From the NCBI RefSeq assembly GCF_001194135.2, contig NC_068988.1, positions 64,461,282 through 64,525,281 of the forward strand: a stretch of DNA of 64,000 nucleotides, given 5' to 3'. Position numbers and translations under genes: made by a program. Origin of the DNA: Octopus bimaculoides. Lineage: Eukaryota. Positions within the stretch are counted from its first letter, which is position 1. Every line of letters starts with the position of its first letter. The notes under the pieces are model-generated. The model ran no database searches and was not told the origin of the DNA. It was given only the letters and a program-made list of their open reading frames with translations. This document shows, in pieces, positions 12,915-24,065 of the stretch.

Positions 12915-13190
12915 ATGGAAGACGGCCAACAAATGAGCCTCGAGATGATCTCTGACATGCTAGAAATAACAGTCAATACATTTTCAGACAACATACCGTG
13001 GGGTCTATGGCTTTTATTTTTTCTTTCTTTTATGTGTCTAATATACACTGTACTGTTTTCAAAAAAATATGAGATGGTCACTGCTGGAATATCGTTGATC
13101 GTAATAATCATGATAATCGGCTTGATCAGAGCTGACTCGGGGCTAAACAACCACATAGTGATGATGAAGATGGGATGTGTGTTTATGTAT
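12915..13190 (+). CDS. Candidate small two-TM ORF (unverified)
   Basis: MEDGQQMSLEMISDMLEITVNTFSDNIPWGLWLLFFLSFMCLIYTVLFSKKYEMVTAGISLIVIIMIIGLIRADSG; the frame is open from about 12831 in non-repetitive DNA. No family recognised, and the ORF runs on into a TG microsatellite. Confidence 0.2.
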
Positions 13191-14406
13191 GTGAATATAT
13201 GTGTGTATGTATATATGTTTGTGTGTGTGTATGTTATGGGTATCTGTGTATATGTGTGTGTTTATGTTTTCATGTCTACGTACATAATTGTCTCTCCTGT
13301 TCACACAGTGTCTTCAACATTAACCGCATGCCAACCAAAGCTCTGTGAATGAATTTGATAGACGGAATCTGAAAAAAGCCCATTGTGTGTGTGTGTGTGT
13401 GTGTGTTTATCCCCCACTACCGCTTGACGATCGGTGTTGGTTTGCTTACGTTTCCGTAATCAACCAGTTCGGCATAGGAGACTAATAGGGTGCCAGGTTT
13501 TTAAAAAAATAAGTAGCGGGCTCGATTTATTCAACTAAAACCATTCAAGGTGGTGCCCCAGCTTAGTCGCAGTTCATTGACTGAAAAAATAAGTAAAAGA
13601 TAAGATGTGTGTGTGTCTGTGTATTCATGTATATATACGTAATACTCTTTCTTTCTCTCGTACACATAGAAAGATGTACATAAACATTCCGTATTTGGTG
13701 TAAGAGATGACGATAATGATGATGTGTTTTCAAGACTGTTGATTGATCTCCTTACAAACCAGACAAACATCTGTAAAGATGATGTTATAAAAGCCTAGTC
13801 ATTAGTTATGTCTTTCACACCTGTCTCTACAGACACACAGCTTCCTTAGTCAGACAGACATGTACTTAAAGATGCTATATAAAGTGATGTAAATTGCTCT
13901 TGGTGTGTGTGAGAGAGGAGGGGTAGGAGTAGCCTTCATTCCCCTCTCACTTATCGACATTACCACCGTCAACACTACCGTTTCCACGAACCACCACCGT
14001 CCCCACTATCATCTCATTTCGTAAAATGGGTAGGCCACCTTTACTCCAGTCGTAATTTCCACCTACCTATGCTTATTACTCTCTCTCTCTCTCTCTCCAC
14101 AGCTATGCAAGGGACGATAAAAGAAAGCATCATTCGAAACCTGGGTTTTATTTAACGAATTATACCCCATCTTCATCGTGTAAAAATATTATACAGTATC
14201 GTCAAATATTACTAAATTCACTGAATGCGGAAGATTGTTTTCAGTTTTTCCGTGTATGTATTAGATAACTCTACTACCCCACACAAACACACGCACAGTA
14301 TGTGTGAATGTGTATGTACTTGTGTTGATAACCAAGTCAAGACCTGCTGCTAATATACAAGAAAGAAAAAAAAATTACTGTTACACACAGACAACTAATG
14401 TGTGTC

Positions 14407-14457
<51 letters not shown>

Positions 14458-14488
14458 GCACACATTAGTTGTCTGTGTGTAATATATT

Positions 14489-14661
14489 ATATTATAATGG
14501 GAGAGGCCGGTTTATGGAGTTACCCTGGGCTTCCCGTCCATAAGAGGTTTGGCCTTACGGCGTATCGTCTGGCCCCATACTTGTTGACCTAACACCTCTT
14601 CAAAATATGGACGGGAAACCCAGGGTGGCCCCATAAACCGCGCCTCTTCTCATTATAATAT
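14489..14661. mobile_element. MITE or foldback with about 55-bp imperfect inverted arms
   Basis: ATATTATAATGGGAGAGGCCGGTTTATGGAGTTACCCTGGGCTTCCCGTCCATA is complementary to TATGGACGGGAAACCCAGGGTGGCCCCATAAACCGCGCCTCTTCTCATTATAATAT. Confidence 0.75.
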
Positions 14662-15844
14662 TAACTGCTCTACATCGTAGAGTGTGCTTTTTATATTCGG
14701 ATTTATGTTTTTCTTACATCGTAGAGTGTGCTTCTTATCCAGATTTATGTTTTTCTACAAACGATATATATATATAGATAGATAGATAGATAGATGAGGG
14801 ATTCTCTCGTCATGAACAACAAATGTAGGTTCAGCAAAATAAAGCGGTAATCATGATCAATGAACACGAATGTGTTTCTTGAGGCTTGTTGATGCCTTGC
14901 AAACCTTTTGGCAAAAGGAACGAGATGAGTTTGCTCGAGTGGAGCTAGTGGACCATTTACTATGTTTTCCAGGGGTGGACCCAAGGGCTGAGGAGCACGT
15001 GTCCCCCGTCACCTCAAGAAAAAACGTGCGCCCTTCTAAATAATGTTATTACACCCTTTTCTCCTGGAATTGTGTTCCCTTCTGGCTTTGTGCCCTCCTT
15101 TCGAAAAATTCCTGGGTTTACCTGTTTTCTATATGTATAGGAACAAAAATGAATTAAGAGAAATAAATCAGAGGCACGTATTTGAACAACATAGACAAGT
15201 ACAGGTATATTAAATACTATTCAATATGAATGCTTGATTTGTTAAAACTATTTCCCGGAGGATAGCTATACATGTATAACATAACAGAATAAGGATTTGA
15301 AATGTGGGCAGATACCTTACTAGCTCTCTGATGAAATCCTGATTTAGCTAACCACATCAAAAGAAAGGAAACGTTCAGAATCGTTTAAGATTCAATAAGA
15401 GGCAATTTATTTAATATAAATCAACTAAAAGCACAGAACTATTATATCAAAGGATATTAAGACATTTATTCAACAGAAACACGAGTTGGAATGTAATATG
15501 AAGAAAATGCTTTAATAAGAAATAAATTTTGAAGATGTATTAGTCTCCATTCTTCATTTTGATGTCTTGCACATGCACATGTGGTACCAGCAAGGTGGTA
15601 TAGATAAGAAATTTCTTCTCTTACCATGTGGCCTTGACCCTCTCTCCCACTCCAAGGAACACTGGGCAAGTGTCTTCTTGAGTCAACTAATATCTTGTGG
15701 GTGAAATCAATAAACAGGAATTGTATTTTTAGAGTTATTGATCTGGAACTAACACCAACAACAGCAGTTGTGGTAGAGTGTTTTTGTAATATATTATCTC
15801 AGGGTCTGGAACAAGGGTAGAAGGATGCAAGCATGCCCTTTAAC

Positions 15845-16516
15845 CAGCGCTGGATTAACCATGAAGTAAAAAAAGCACGTGCTTAGGGCATCAAAGGAAG
15901 GAGGGGGCACCACAGAAATGGTAAATAAGGCGGCGAGCTGGCAGAAACGTTAGCACGCCGGGTGAAATGCTTAGCGGTATTTCGTCTGCTGCTACGTTCT
16001 GAGTTCAAATTCCGCCGAGGTCGACTTTACCTTTCATCCTTTCGGGGTCGATAAATTAAGTACCAGTTGTGTACTGGGGTCGATCTAATCAACTTAATCC
16101 GTTTGTCTGTCCTTGTTTGTTTCCTCTATGTGTAGTCCCTAGTGGACAGTAAAGAAATAAGAAATGGTAAATGGTTTACGGCACAAAAGAAATCACTTTA
16201 CACTTGCTAAAATAATATTCGGGATGCCTTTATCTCTACTAAGTATAGATGCAAATGTGTTACATAGGATTAATTTTGAGGATCTGATCAAAGATTTTGC
16301 AATTCAAAAAAGTAGGAGGAAACTTTTCAAATATAAATAAAGTGAAAGTAGACAAAAATAAACATAATTTTCCCTCTTACTGTTTCATTTCGTCTTGAAA
16401 AATAAAAATTTATTTTATGGTTTGTTATTGTTTATATTTTGAATTACATAATCTTTTATGGGGGCACCAAAATCTTTTAAGTGCTTTGGGCCTTGATGGG
16501 TCAAAGTCCAGCCCTG
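15845..16516 (+). mobile_element. Non-autonomous hAT element keeping the transposase C-terminus, interrupted by SINE A (15927-16159)
   Basis: TIRs CAGCGCTGGATT and AGTCCAGCCCTG; degenerate 8-bp TSD CCTTTAAC/CCCCTAAC; 16221-16340 translates to GMPLSLLSIDANVLHRINFEDLIKDFAIQKSRRKLFKYK*, resembling a hAT dimerisation-domain end. The SINE has a 13-bp TSD AGAAATGGTAAAT. Confidence 0.8.
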
Positions 16517-16794
16517 CCCCTAACATTTTGGTGGGACAGTAAAAATGCTTTGAACATCGTCTTGAAAAACTTGATTTGCACCTCCTGAACAAATTTCATT
16601 CTTACACTTATGTAGATTATTACACTGGTCAACAAAATATATTCCTTGGACATTGGTCATTAAGAAGACTAAATCTATTTTAGTTGTTTGATAGCATATT
16701 TAGTGTTTGAAATATGTCAGTTTTTTTGTTTTGCTTAATTTAATTAATACTAAAGTCATATTAACATTTTATAGAAAATTTATTCATTGCTTAG

Positions 16795-17015
16795 AACTTG
16801 TGTTACCATATTTCTGTTGAAATACATTAGTTTTGTTTCGATTAATTTTGAAAATAATGAATTTAGTAAAATAATTTTGTTGTCTTTTAAGTTCATGTTT
16901 GGAACATAAATTATGAAATTTTGATGGAAGTTTTGAATTTAGATCACTTTAAACATGAATTTTGTATCATAGAAACTAGAGAGAGTCTTAAACAAATTGG
17001 TCTCAGAAGGATTAA
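16795..17015. mobile_element. Degenerate TTAA-type (piggyBac-like) MITE
   Basis: Shares TGTTACCATATTTCTGTTGAAAT and the internal AT-rich body with copies at 28616-28845 and 49702-50153. Confidence 0.55.
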
Positions 17016-17469
17016 ACCAAAATATAGCATACGCCTTATTCATTCATTCATAATTTATTTTAACCTCATTTTTATATCATATCATATTGTTTATGTGTCA
17101 TCTTATATTATTTTTATAGTATTTTTATATCACAGATCCATATATATGTCTGTGTGTGTGTGCATCTTTATGTCTGTGTTTGTCCCCACCTGCTTGACAA
17201 CTGATATTGGTGTATAAGCATCCCCATAACTTTGTGGTTCAGCAAAAGAGACCAATGGAATAAGTACCAGGGTTAAAAAATAAGCATTGGGGTTGATTCA
17301 TTCCACTAAAAATTGAAGGCTGTGCTCCAGCATGGCCTCAGTCTAATCACTGAAACAAGTAAAAGTAATAAGCTTTGTGATTGAATTTGGTAGGCGGAAG
17401 TTACTGCCGTGTGTGTATATTTCTGTGCATGTGCTTGTGCCTCTCTCTCAGAGAGTGAGAGAGGGAATG

Positions 17470-18107
17470 TATAATATATTCAGAAAGATATTGAAGTTCT
17501 CTTGGATTTACTATTTCTTTGGCAAAATTTTTCATTAAATCAAGTTTAGTTTAGAGAGATGATAGGAATGTCATAGTAGCCAGGTAAAGAGACAGATTAG
17601 ACCCTGCTCATGTCAGAAAGGTTTGATATAGTGATCAGCAGTAAGACATCCATTCTATAAATATAAGAAGCAGCAGTGTTTTGTAAATGCTGTTTGTATG
17701 CCCATTAGCTTTCAAATAACTGATATCTACATAGTATTCCATTTACGAACATGGTGTTGAATAGTGTCAAGCAGTATTCCATGTTTGACATATGTTTCTA
17801 TTGTGTGGACAGCTTGGACAATAAGGAATGCATAGCTTTACATTCCTGTTATGTAGAACTACTTTCAGGCTTCTTTGTAATGAATCAATGAAAAGGCGCC
17901 AGTCAGATACTCTAGAAGTCTAAGACAAGTTTGTGAAGAATTCATTGATGTCATTGCTATTGCAGAATGGACCATCTAATGCAATACATGTTACCAATTA
18001 AAATGTTGCTTTCAGTAGTAAGTCACTTTTGTATTTTGATCAAGTAAATTAGCTTTGTTCAGTCTAGAGATGATAAGCTCAACTTCCAACAACAATAAGT
18101 TACTAAC
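17470..18107 (-). pseudogene. Decayed DNA-transposase fragment, Chapaev/CMC-like
   Basis: Minus-strand segments, with stops and frameshifts: VSNLLLLEVELIISRLNKANLLDQNTKVTYY; SDWRLFIDSLQRSLKVVLHN; IETYVKHGILLDTIQHHVRKWN; KLMGIQTAFTKHCCFLYL*NGCLTADHYIK; KLDLMKNFAK. The motifs are collinear with a transposase family I recall; the superfamily label is from memory. Confidence 0.75.
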
Positions 18108-18144
18108 AAGATCATTGAAATGTTCTCGAGTAAATAACTTAATT

Positions 18145-18365
18145 TACATTATTTACATTCGATGGATATTTGTCCTCATCTTGTTTGTTGTTAACACAAC
18201 ATTTCGGCTGATATACCCTCCAGCCTACAGCAGGTGTCTTCAGGAAATTTTGAACCTCGGTTCTCATTCCTAAGGTATTTTTCGATGTTATTATTCAATT
18301 CCAGTCAATGACCTGAATAATAATAATAATAATAATAACATCATCGAAAAATACCTTAAGAATAC
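18145..18365 (-). mobile_element. Penelope-type hammerhead-bearing repeat, copy 1 (core mutated)
   Basis: Reverse complement of 18193-18238 is GACAC-CTGCTGT-A-GGCTG...CAGCC-GAAA-TGT-T-GTGTT, followed by an internal inverted repeat around (AAT)n. Confidence 0.75.
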
Positions 18366-18803
18366 CTCTCCCATTATTGGAATGTTTCATTTCTTTTTAT
18401 ATATTTTTTACATTCTTTGTTGTTGTTGTTTTCCTATTTTATCCTATGCAAATCCATCCTGTCAGCATTTTTTGTCATTTATTCTGGTAATGTCTCATCA
18501 ACCATTGCCCTTGTGGCAAACATTTTTTTTTCTTTTTGTTACCATCTCATCAAGAGGAAAATGGATATACAAAACCCTTGAAAAGTCTTCCAAGACTACA
18601 CAATTCTAAGTAAACCTTTTCCCCCCACTTTTCCAAGTACTTTACTCATTTAATCCTGGCAATTTCTCTGCTGCCATTGCCCTTTTTAACAAATTGTGTA
18701 TGTGTGTGTATATGTGTGTGAGAGAGAGGACAGACAATGTCTATAACTGATTACAGGGCTTTCAAGACTGTTGCAAAAGGAGGAGGGGAAAAGATATCTT
18801 TAA

Positions 18804-19081
18804 CCCATTACCTACCAGTGATCTCATATGAGATCACTTAAAAATTACAAATTTCGTAATTATCTGTCAATATTTACACATATCTAACCTTTTTGTTATA
18901 TCTATTAGGTATATTTCTCTGATATTCAAATGAGGTTTGCTAATTTTTCACCCAATATCTCGCTTATTGATATTTAAAATGTTATTTTGATCATTCCAGC
19001 GTGTTTCTAAGGCTGTTTTATGCTAGAAATCAAAGTTTCATAACAAAAATTCCAGTTAATAGAATTATGGGAGGTAATGGG
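18804..19081. mobile_element. piggyBac-like MITE
   Basis: TTAA TSD (18800-18803 and 19082-19085); TIR CCCATTACCTACC / GGGAGGTAATGGG; perfect 22-bp palindrome AGTGATCTCATATGAGATCACT near the left end. Confidence 0.8.
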
Positions 19082-20073
19082 TTAAACAAGGGACCTGATC
19101 AAAATTCTTTCAGGTGTGAAGAACTCCATCCACTAATGACACCCAAGTACCAGGTAATGATGTTAAACAAGGCTACAGATTAAGTATACTGCCCTGCACC
19201 CCCATACACACACACCCTGCCAAGTAAGTCACAGCAGGATTTGAACTCAGAACACAAAATGCTGGAACAAAACCACTGATATCACTTCCAGTCGTTCAAT
19301 TATTTTCCCAAACCACTCCCTTAGAGGGTTAATATATTTATTGATTCCTAGAAAGATAAAAGACAAAATCTGAACTCAGCTGGATTTGAACTCAGAATGC
19401 AAAAAGGTGGAACAAATACCCACAGGGCATCTCAGTCAATGATTCTAACAACTCTGCCACCAGTTCGCTTAATAAATTACTATTTGTATGTTTTGTTTTC
19501 ATACTTGTTGAGAAAGTAGGGACAGTGATGAGAGTGGCGTTGGTGGCATTTAGCAATGCTCTGATGATGATGATGATGTTTATGTGAGGGAGTGTTTGTG
19601 CAGTGGGTGTGAGGGCATGGAGTTATGTATATAATGATATGGACAATCACTGAATGTTCTCCAAGCAAAATTAACCAAACAGGAAGTAAGGAAGCACATA
19701 CCAAGACAACACATACCTAAACATTCATGCAGTTGATGGTGATGGTAGCTGTAGTAGTAATGGTGGTGGTGGTGGTGTAGTAATGATGTGACTGCAGTAG
19801 TGATGCTGATGATGATGATGATAACAGTAGTAGTGGTGAGTGTATCATTTCTATTAAACACCTTTAAAAGATGTTTGCTGGCAATGACACAGTCAACATC
19901 ATCAGCACCAACAACCAAAACTCTTCTCCCTCTTATACACACAAGTATATACAAATTTTTCTTTGTCTTTCAGTCAATTTTTTTTTTCAATTACACATGT
20001 TCTCTTGAACACACATTCTCTCTCTCTTATATATATATATTCGATATCAGTGAAGAATTTCACTGGAAAAGTA

Positions 20074-20104
<31 letters not shown>

Positions 20105-20959
20105 GAATGGATTTGATAGCGGGAAACTGAAAGAAGCCTGTCATATGTTTGTGTCTGTGGTTGTCCTCCACCACTGCTTGATAAGCGGTGTTGGTGTATT
20201 TACATCCTTGTAACTAAGCAGATCAGCCAAAGAAGTACCAGGCTTTATAAAAAAAAAAATGGTATGTCTTTAGATCAATTCGACTAAAAAATTCCTCAAG
20301 GCAATGCCCCAGCATGGCCACAGTCTAATGACTGAAACAAGTAAAAGATAAAAGATATATATGCCTCTACTTTACTGCAGCAGTAACTATTCTGCCATTT
20401 TATGTGTGTGTGTGTAGCTTGCTTGTTTTTTGTACCTTGTTTATCATTTTGTCTGTTTTTTTGCAACGTCATGTACCCAGATATGTATCTGTATGTACAT
20501 GTAGATGAAGGTATGTACATACATGTACATATATATGCATATACTCATATATTGTTTATATATATATGTATGTATGTATGTATGTGATATATGTATATGT
20601 ACGTATATATGTGTATGTATGTATCTATGTATAGTATATGTAGGCATACGTGGTAAAGAAGTGCTGAGATGGATGTTCATTTAGTTGTTTATATTTTACA
20701 TCTGAATTTGATTAAACTGGCTTAGTAATACTAACGATGATAAAGAAAATGTGATGATAATTTAGATATGAAGAAGATGAGGTTGAGATTGATAACACAG
20801 ATTCTGATGATGGTCCATTGTTAAAACTGAGAAAATCGTTCTTAATATCACAGAATATTAACTTATGTTCTCGTCTTTTGTGTATATGCAGATATTTAAA
20901 AAAATGTATATATTAATGATTATAAAGGCGTTTGTCTGTTTATATATTTTTCTCCGTAT

Positions 20960-21096
20960 TTCTTTCTGTGTTCCTTTCAGTTGAAGAGCGTAGCTCGAAA
21001 CGTTAAAGACTTTCTCTATTCCCGAGCGTTAAACTAATACATCCTTTTGTTGTTTACACCACCTGTCCTCGTCTGTTGTTTTTTTCGTAAATTCTC

Positions 21097-21100
<4 letters not shown>
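20960..21100 (+). mobile_element. Repeat carrying a degenerate minimal hammerhead-like motif (second family)
   Basis: CTTT-CAGTTGA-A-GAGC gta GCTC-GAAA-CGT-T-AAAG at 20974-21008; a related copy is on the minus strand at 63500-63535. Confidence 0.5.
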
Positions 21101-21131
<31 letters not shown>

Positions 21132-22802
21132 CTACTCATGCCAGCATGGAAAACGGACGTTAAAGGATGGAAATGTATAATACATACATACATGCATATA
21201 TACATGCGCGCGTGCACACAAATAGGCGTACATGCAACATATATATGTCTATAGGCATGCACCGCATATATACGCACATTCACATCAGAGCAAAATTTTA
21301 CACACACTGACACACGTATAAAGCGACAGAGAGAGAGGGGGGGGCAAGGAATGATGGCGTGTGAGACTATAGTAAAAAGTAGAAAGACGAGCTGAATGAA
21401 AAACGTGAGTGGGAGAGAGAGAGAGAGAGATAGATGCTAAGAGATCAAATTATGTTAGAGAAGAGAGAGAGAGAGAGACGGAGTCACAACAGCTTAATGA
21501 ACGTAAGAGAATAGAACAGAAACTAACCAGGACTATTTACAAAATAAATTCTAAATCAAAAGCAAAGTTCCTGCGTAGAAACCTTACAACATAACACTTA
21601 AAGAACTGTAGCCATTGTTATGTTGGTGCTTCTTTACAACTAAAGAATTTTCATTCCGTCAGAATAAAAACAGAAAGAAGATTCAAAGAGACAACTGGAC
21701 CATCATTTTATGTACTTCAAAATAAATGTTATTTGATTACCTCCCCTTCCCTTTGAACTCTTTATTGTGTCATTCATTGTTCTTCTACTTTCGTTTTCTT
21801 TCTTCCGTTTTTGTTTTCCATTTCTTTGATTTTCTTTCATTATATTCTGTTTAGTTTTCTTTCTCTTAATATATCTTTCTCTTTCGCAGATTTTCATCTT
21901 GCTTTCCTTTCCCCCCCCCCTTTTTTTTTACTTTCCTCTGCACGTGTTTACTCACACACACACAACTACACGTCCCTTATCTACATCTACACACGCATAC
22001 ATTTACCTGCAAATACGCGCACAGACACTTTTCTTCATCTACACACACAAGCGCTCACAAGGGAGAGGTTCTTTTTCTTCCTTTCTCTTTCCTCCGTATA
22101 TGTAAATAAACACAGCAGCAAATATTTATAGCGTATAGTACGTATAGAGAGAAAAAAGCAGAAAATGCCTCATCGTAGATGTAACAGAGGCATTTGAGAA
22201 AAGGACCAAAGCAGAGAGCAATGAACAAATTCAATGCGAAAAGTAAAACGAAATACTTGTAGCATTGGAGTGGTTACAGCTGTACTCAGTTAGGTGTGGA
22301 GACGGCTTGGATAAGAAAAACGTGTTGAACAGTGTACGTCGAAAGAACCAAGACATTTCTGGTAGCGTCAATGCTGTTTGGTACAACAGGAGGAAACGAT
22401 ATTGTTGGAAAGTTCTGAAACCATCGTTATCTCCAGGGGGTGTCTTGCAGTGCAAGTTGTATGTAAAATATTTGTGTGAGTGTGTTATAAAAGCGTATAT
22501 GTATAAACACTAATATACATACATGCGTGTATAAATACATTCAGATTGATTGATTGATTGGATCCCTGTGTTATAGGTATTGAAACTTATGCGTGTACAT
22601 CAACATCTACAATATTATAGATCCTTTGCAGCTGATCTTAGTATATGGTTTCACACTGGGTATTAAAACAAGCATGGTTGTCATATCACATGCACTTCAG
22701 AGATTTGATGAATGGGGCAAAAATAAGGTGACTACTGCTGTTATGTAGTTATGCATTTGTATCATTACTAGCTCCATAGAATTTGACATGTATGAATGTG
22801 TC

Positions 22803-22861
<59 letters not shown>

Positions 22862-22864
22862 TAA

Positions 22865-23030
22865 CCCTACACTCTCTGAGTGGTTGGCGTTAGGAAGGGC
22901 ATCCAGCTGTAGAAACTCTGCCAAATTAGATTGGAGCCTGGTGTAGCCATCCGGTTGCACCAGTCCTCAGTCAAATCGTCCAACCCATGCTAGCATGGAA
23001 AGCGGACGTTAAACGATGATGATGATAATA
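22865..23030 (+). mobile_element. Young 5'-truncated retroelement 3' end with (GAT)n tail (family E)
   Basis: GGTTGGCGTTAGGAAGGGCATCCAGCTGTAGAAACTCTGCC...GGACGTTAAACGATGATGAT, nearly identical to 56594-56750. Confidence 0.8.
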
Positions 23031-23204
23031 TATATATGTACAATTTGATAAATGTATATATAAGCTTGTGTGTGAGATTTTATGTACAAGTGTATATATC
23101 ATCTTCATCCTCACCATTTTATATGTCTTATATGCTGGCAGGGGGGTTAGGTTGGTCTTCTCAGTCCAAGTTGGCTCTTACTCAGAGTAAATGCACTCCT
23201 TGAC

Positions 23205-24065
23205 ATGCTTGAAGACCTCTCCTCATGAGGTAGTGAGTTTGATTCCCAGACTGGGTTATGTGTTGTGTTCTTGAGCAAAACATTTTATTTCATGTTGCAG
23301 CAGTTCACTCCTCTGTAGAAATGACTTGTGACATATCTGGTGCTAAGCTGTATTGGCCTTTGCCTTTCCCTTAGACCAGTGTTACTCAAAGCAGTAGCCT
23401 GTGGACTGGTGCTGGCTTGTGAGCCATCAGCTGCCGGTACATGGTGAGTTTCCAGAAAAGAAAGAAACAAAGCATAATATCAGTAATATCGCCTTATGCA
23501 CTGGAGTAAACAACTTATCATCTTATGTAATATTGTATTATTTGTTTACAAAACGCTTAGTCGCATTTCGTCTGTCTTTACGTTCTGACCTCAAATTCCG
23601 CCGAGGTCAACTTTGCCTTTCATCCTTTCGGGATCAATAAATTAAGGACCAGTTGTGTATTGGGGTCGATCTAATCAACTGGTCCCCTCCCCCAAAATTT
23701 CGGGCCTTGTGCCTAGAGTAGAGAAAAAAAACAAGACTATTTGTTTACAAAATAAATATACGATAAAATAAATTGTCAACTTTTATTATATTCATTATAT
23801 ATATATTGTTTCTTGGTATAAATTAATATTACTAAGAAATATTATCAGTCCCTGGCACAATGGAAAAAAATAAACTGCCAGTGTACCACGTCTGATAGCT
23901 TGAGAAGCACTGTGCTTCGATGATATCAGTGGTGTGGAGAGGGGAGGCCAGTATGCATGAGCAACTGCTGGTCTTCCATAAGCAACCTTGCCCAGGTTTG
24001 TGCCTCAGGGGGGAACTTTCTAGGTGCAATCTTATGGCCATTCATGACTGAAGGGGGTCTTCACC
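23205..24065 (+). mobile_element. Three-level nest: SINE D containing a hAT MITE (23377-23912) containing SINE A (23554-23737)
   Basis: The two SINE D halves match 56257-56590; hAT termini CAGTGTTACTCAA / TTGAGAAGCACTG; the inner SINE has a 15-bp TSD TATTTGTTTACAAAA (23539-23553 and 23738-23752). Confidence 0.75.

Noticed and set aside
14970-15124. Possible hAT MITE (CAGGGGTGGACCC...GGGTTTACCTG)
   Set aside because: Only weak terminal complementarity and no matching 8-bp TSD.
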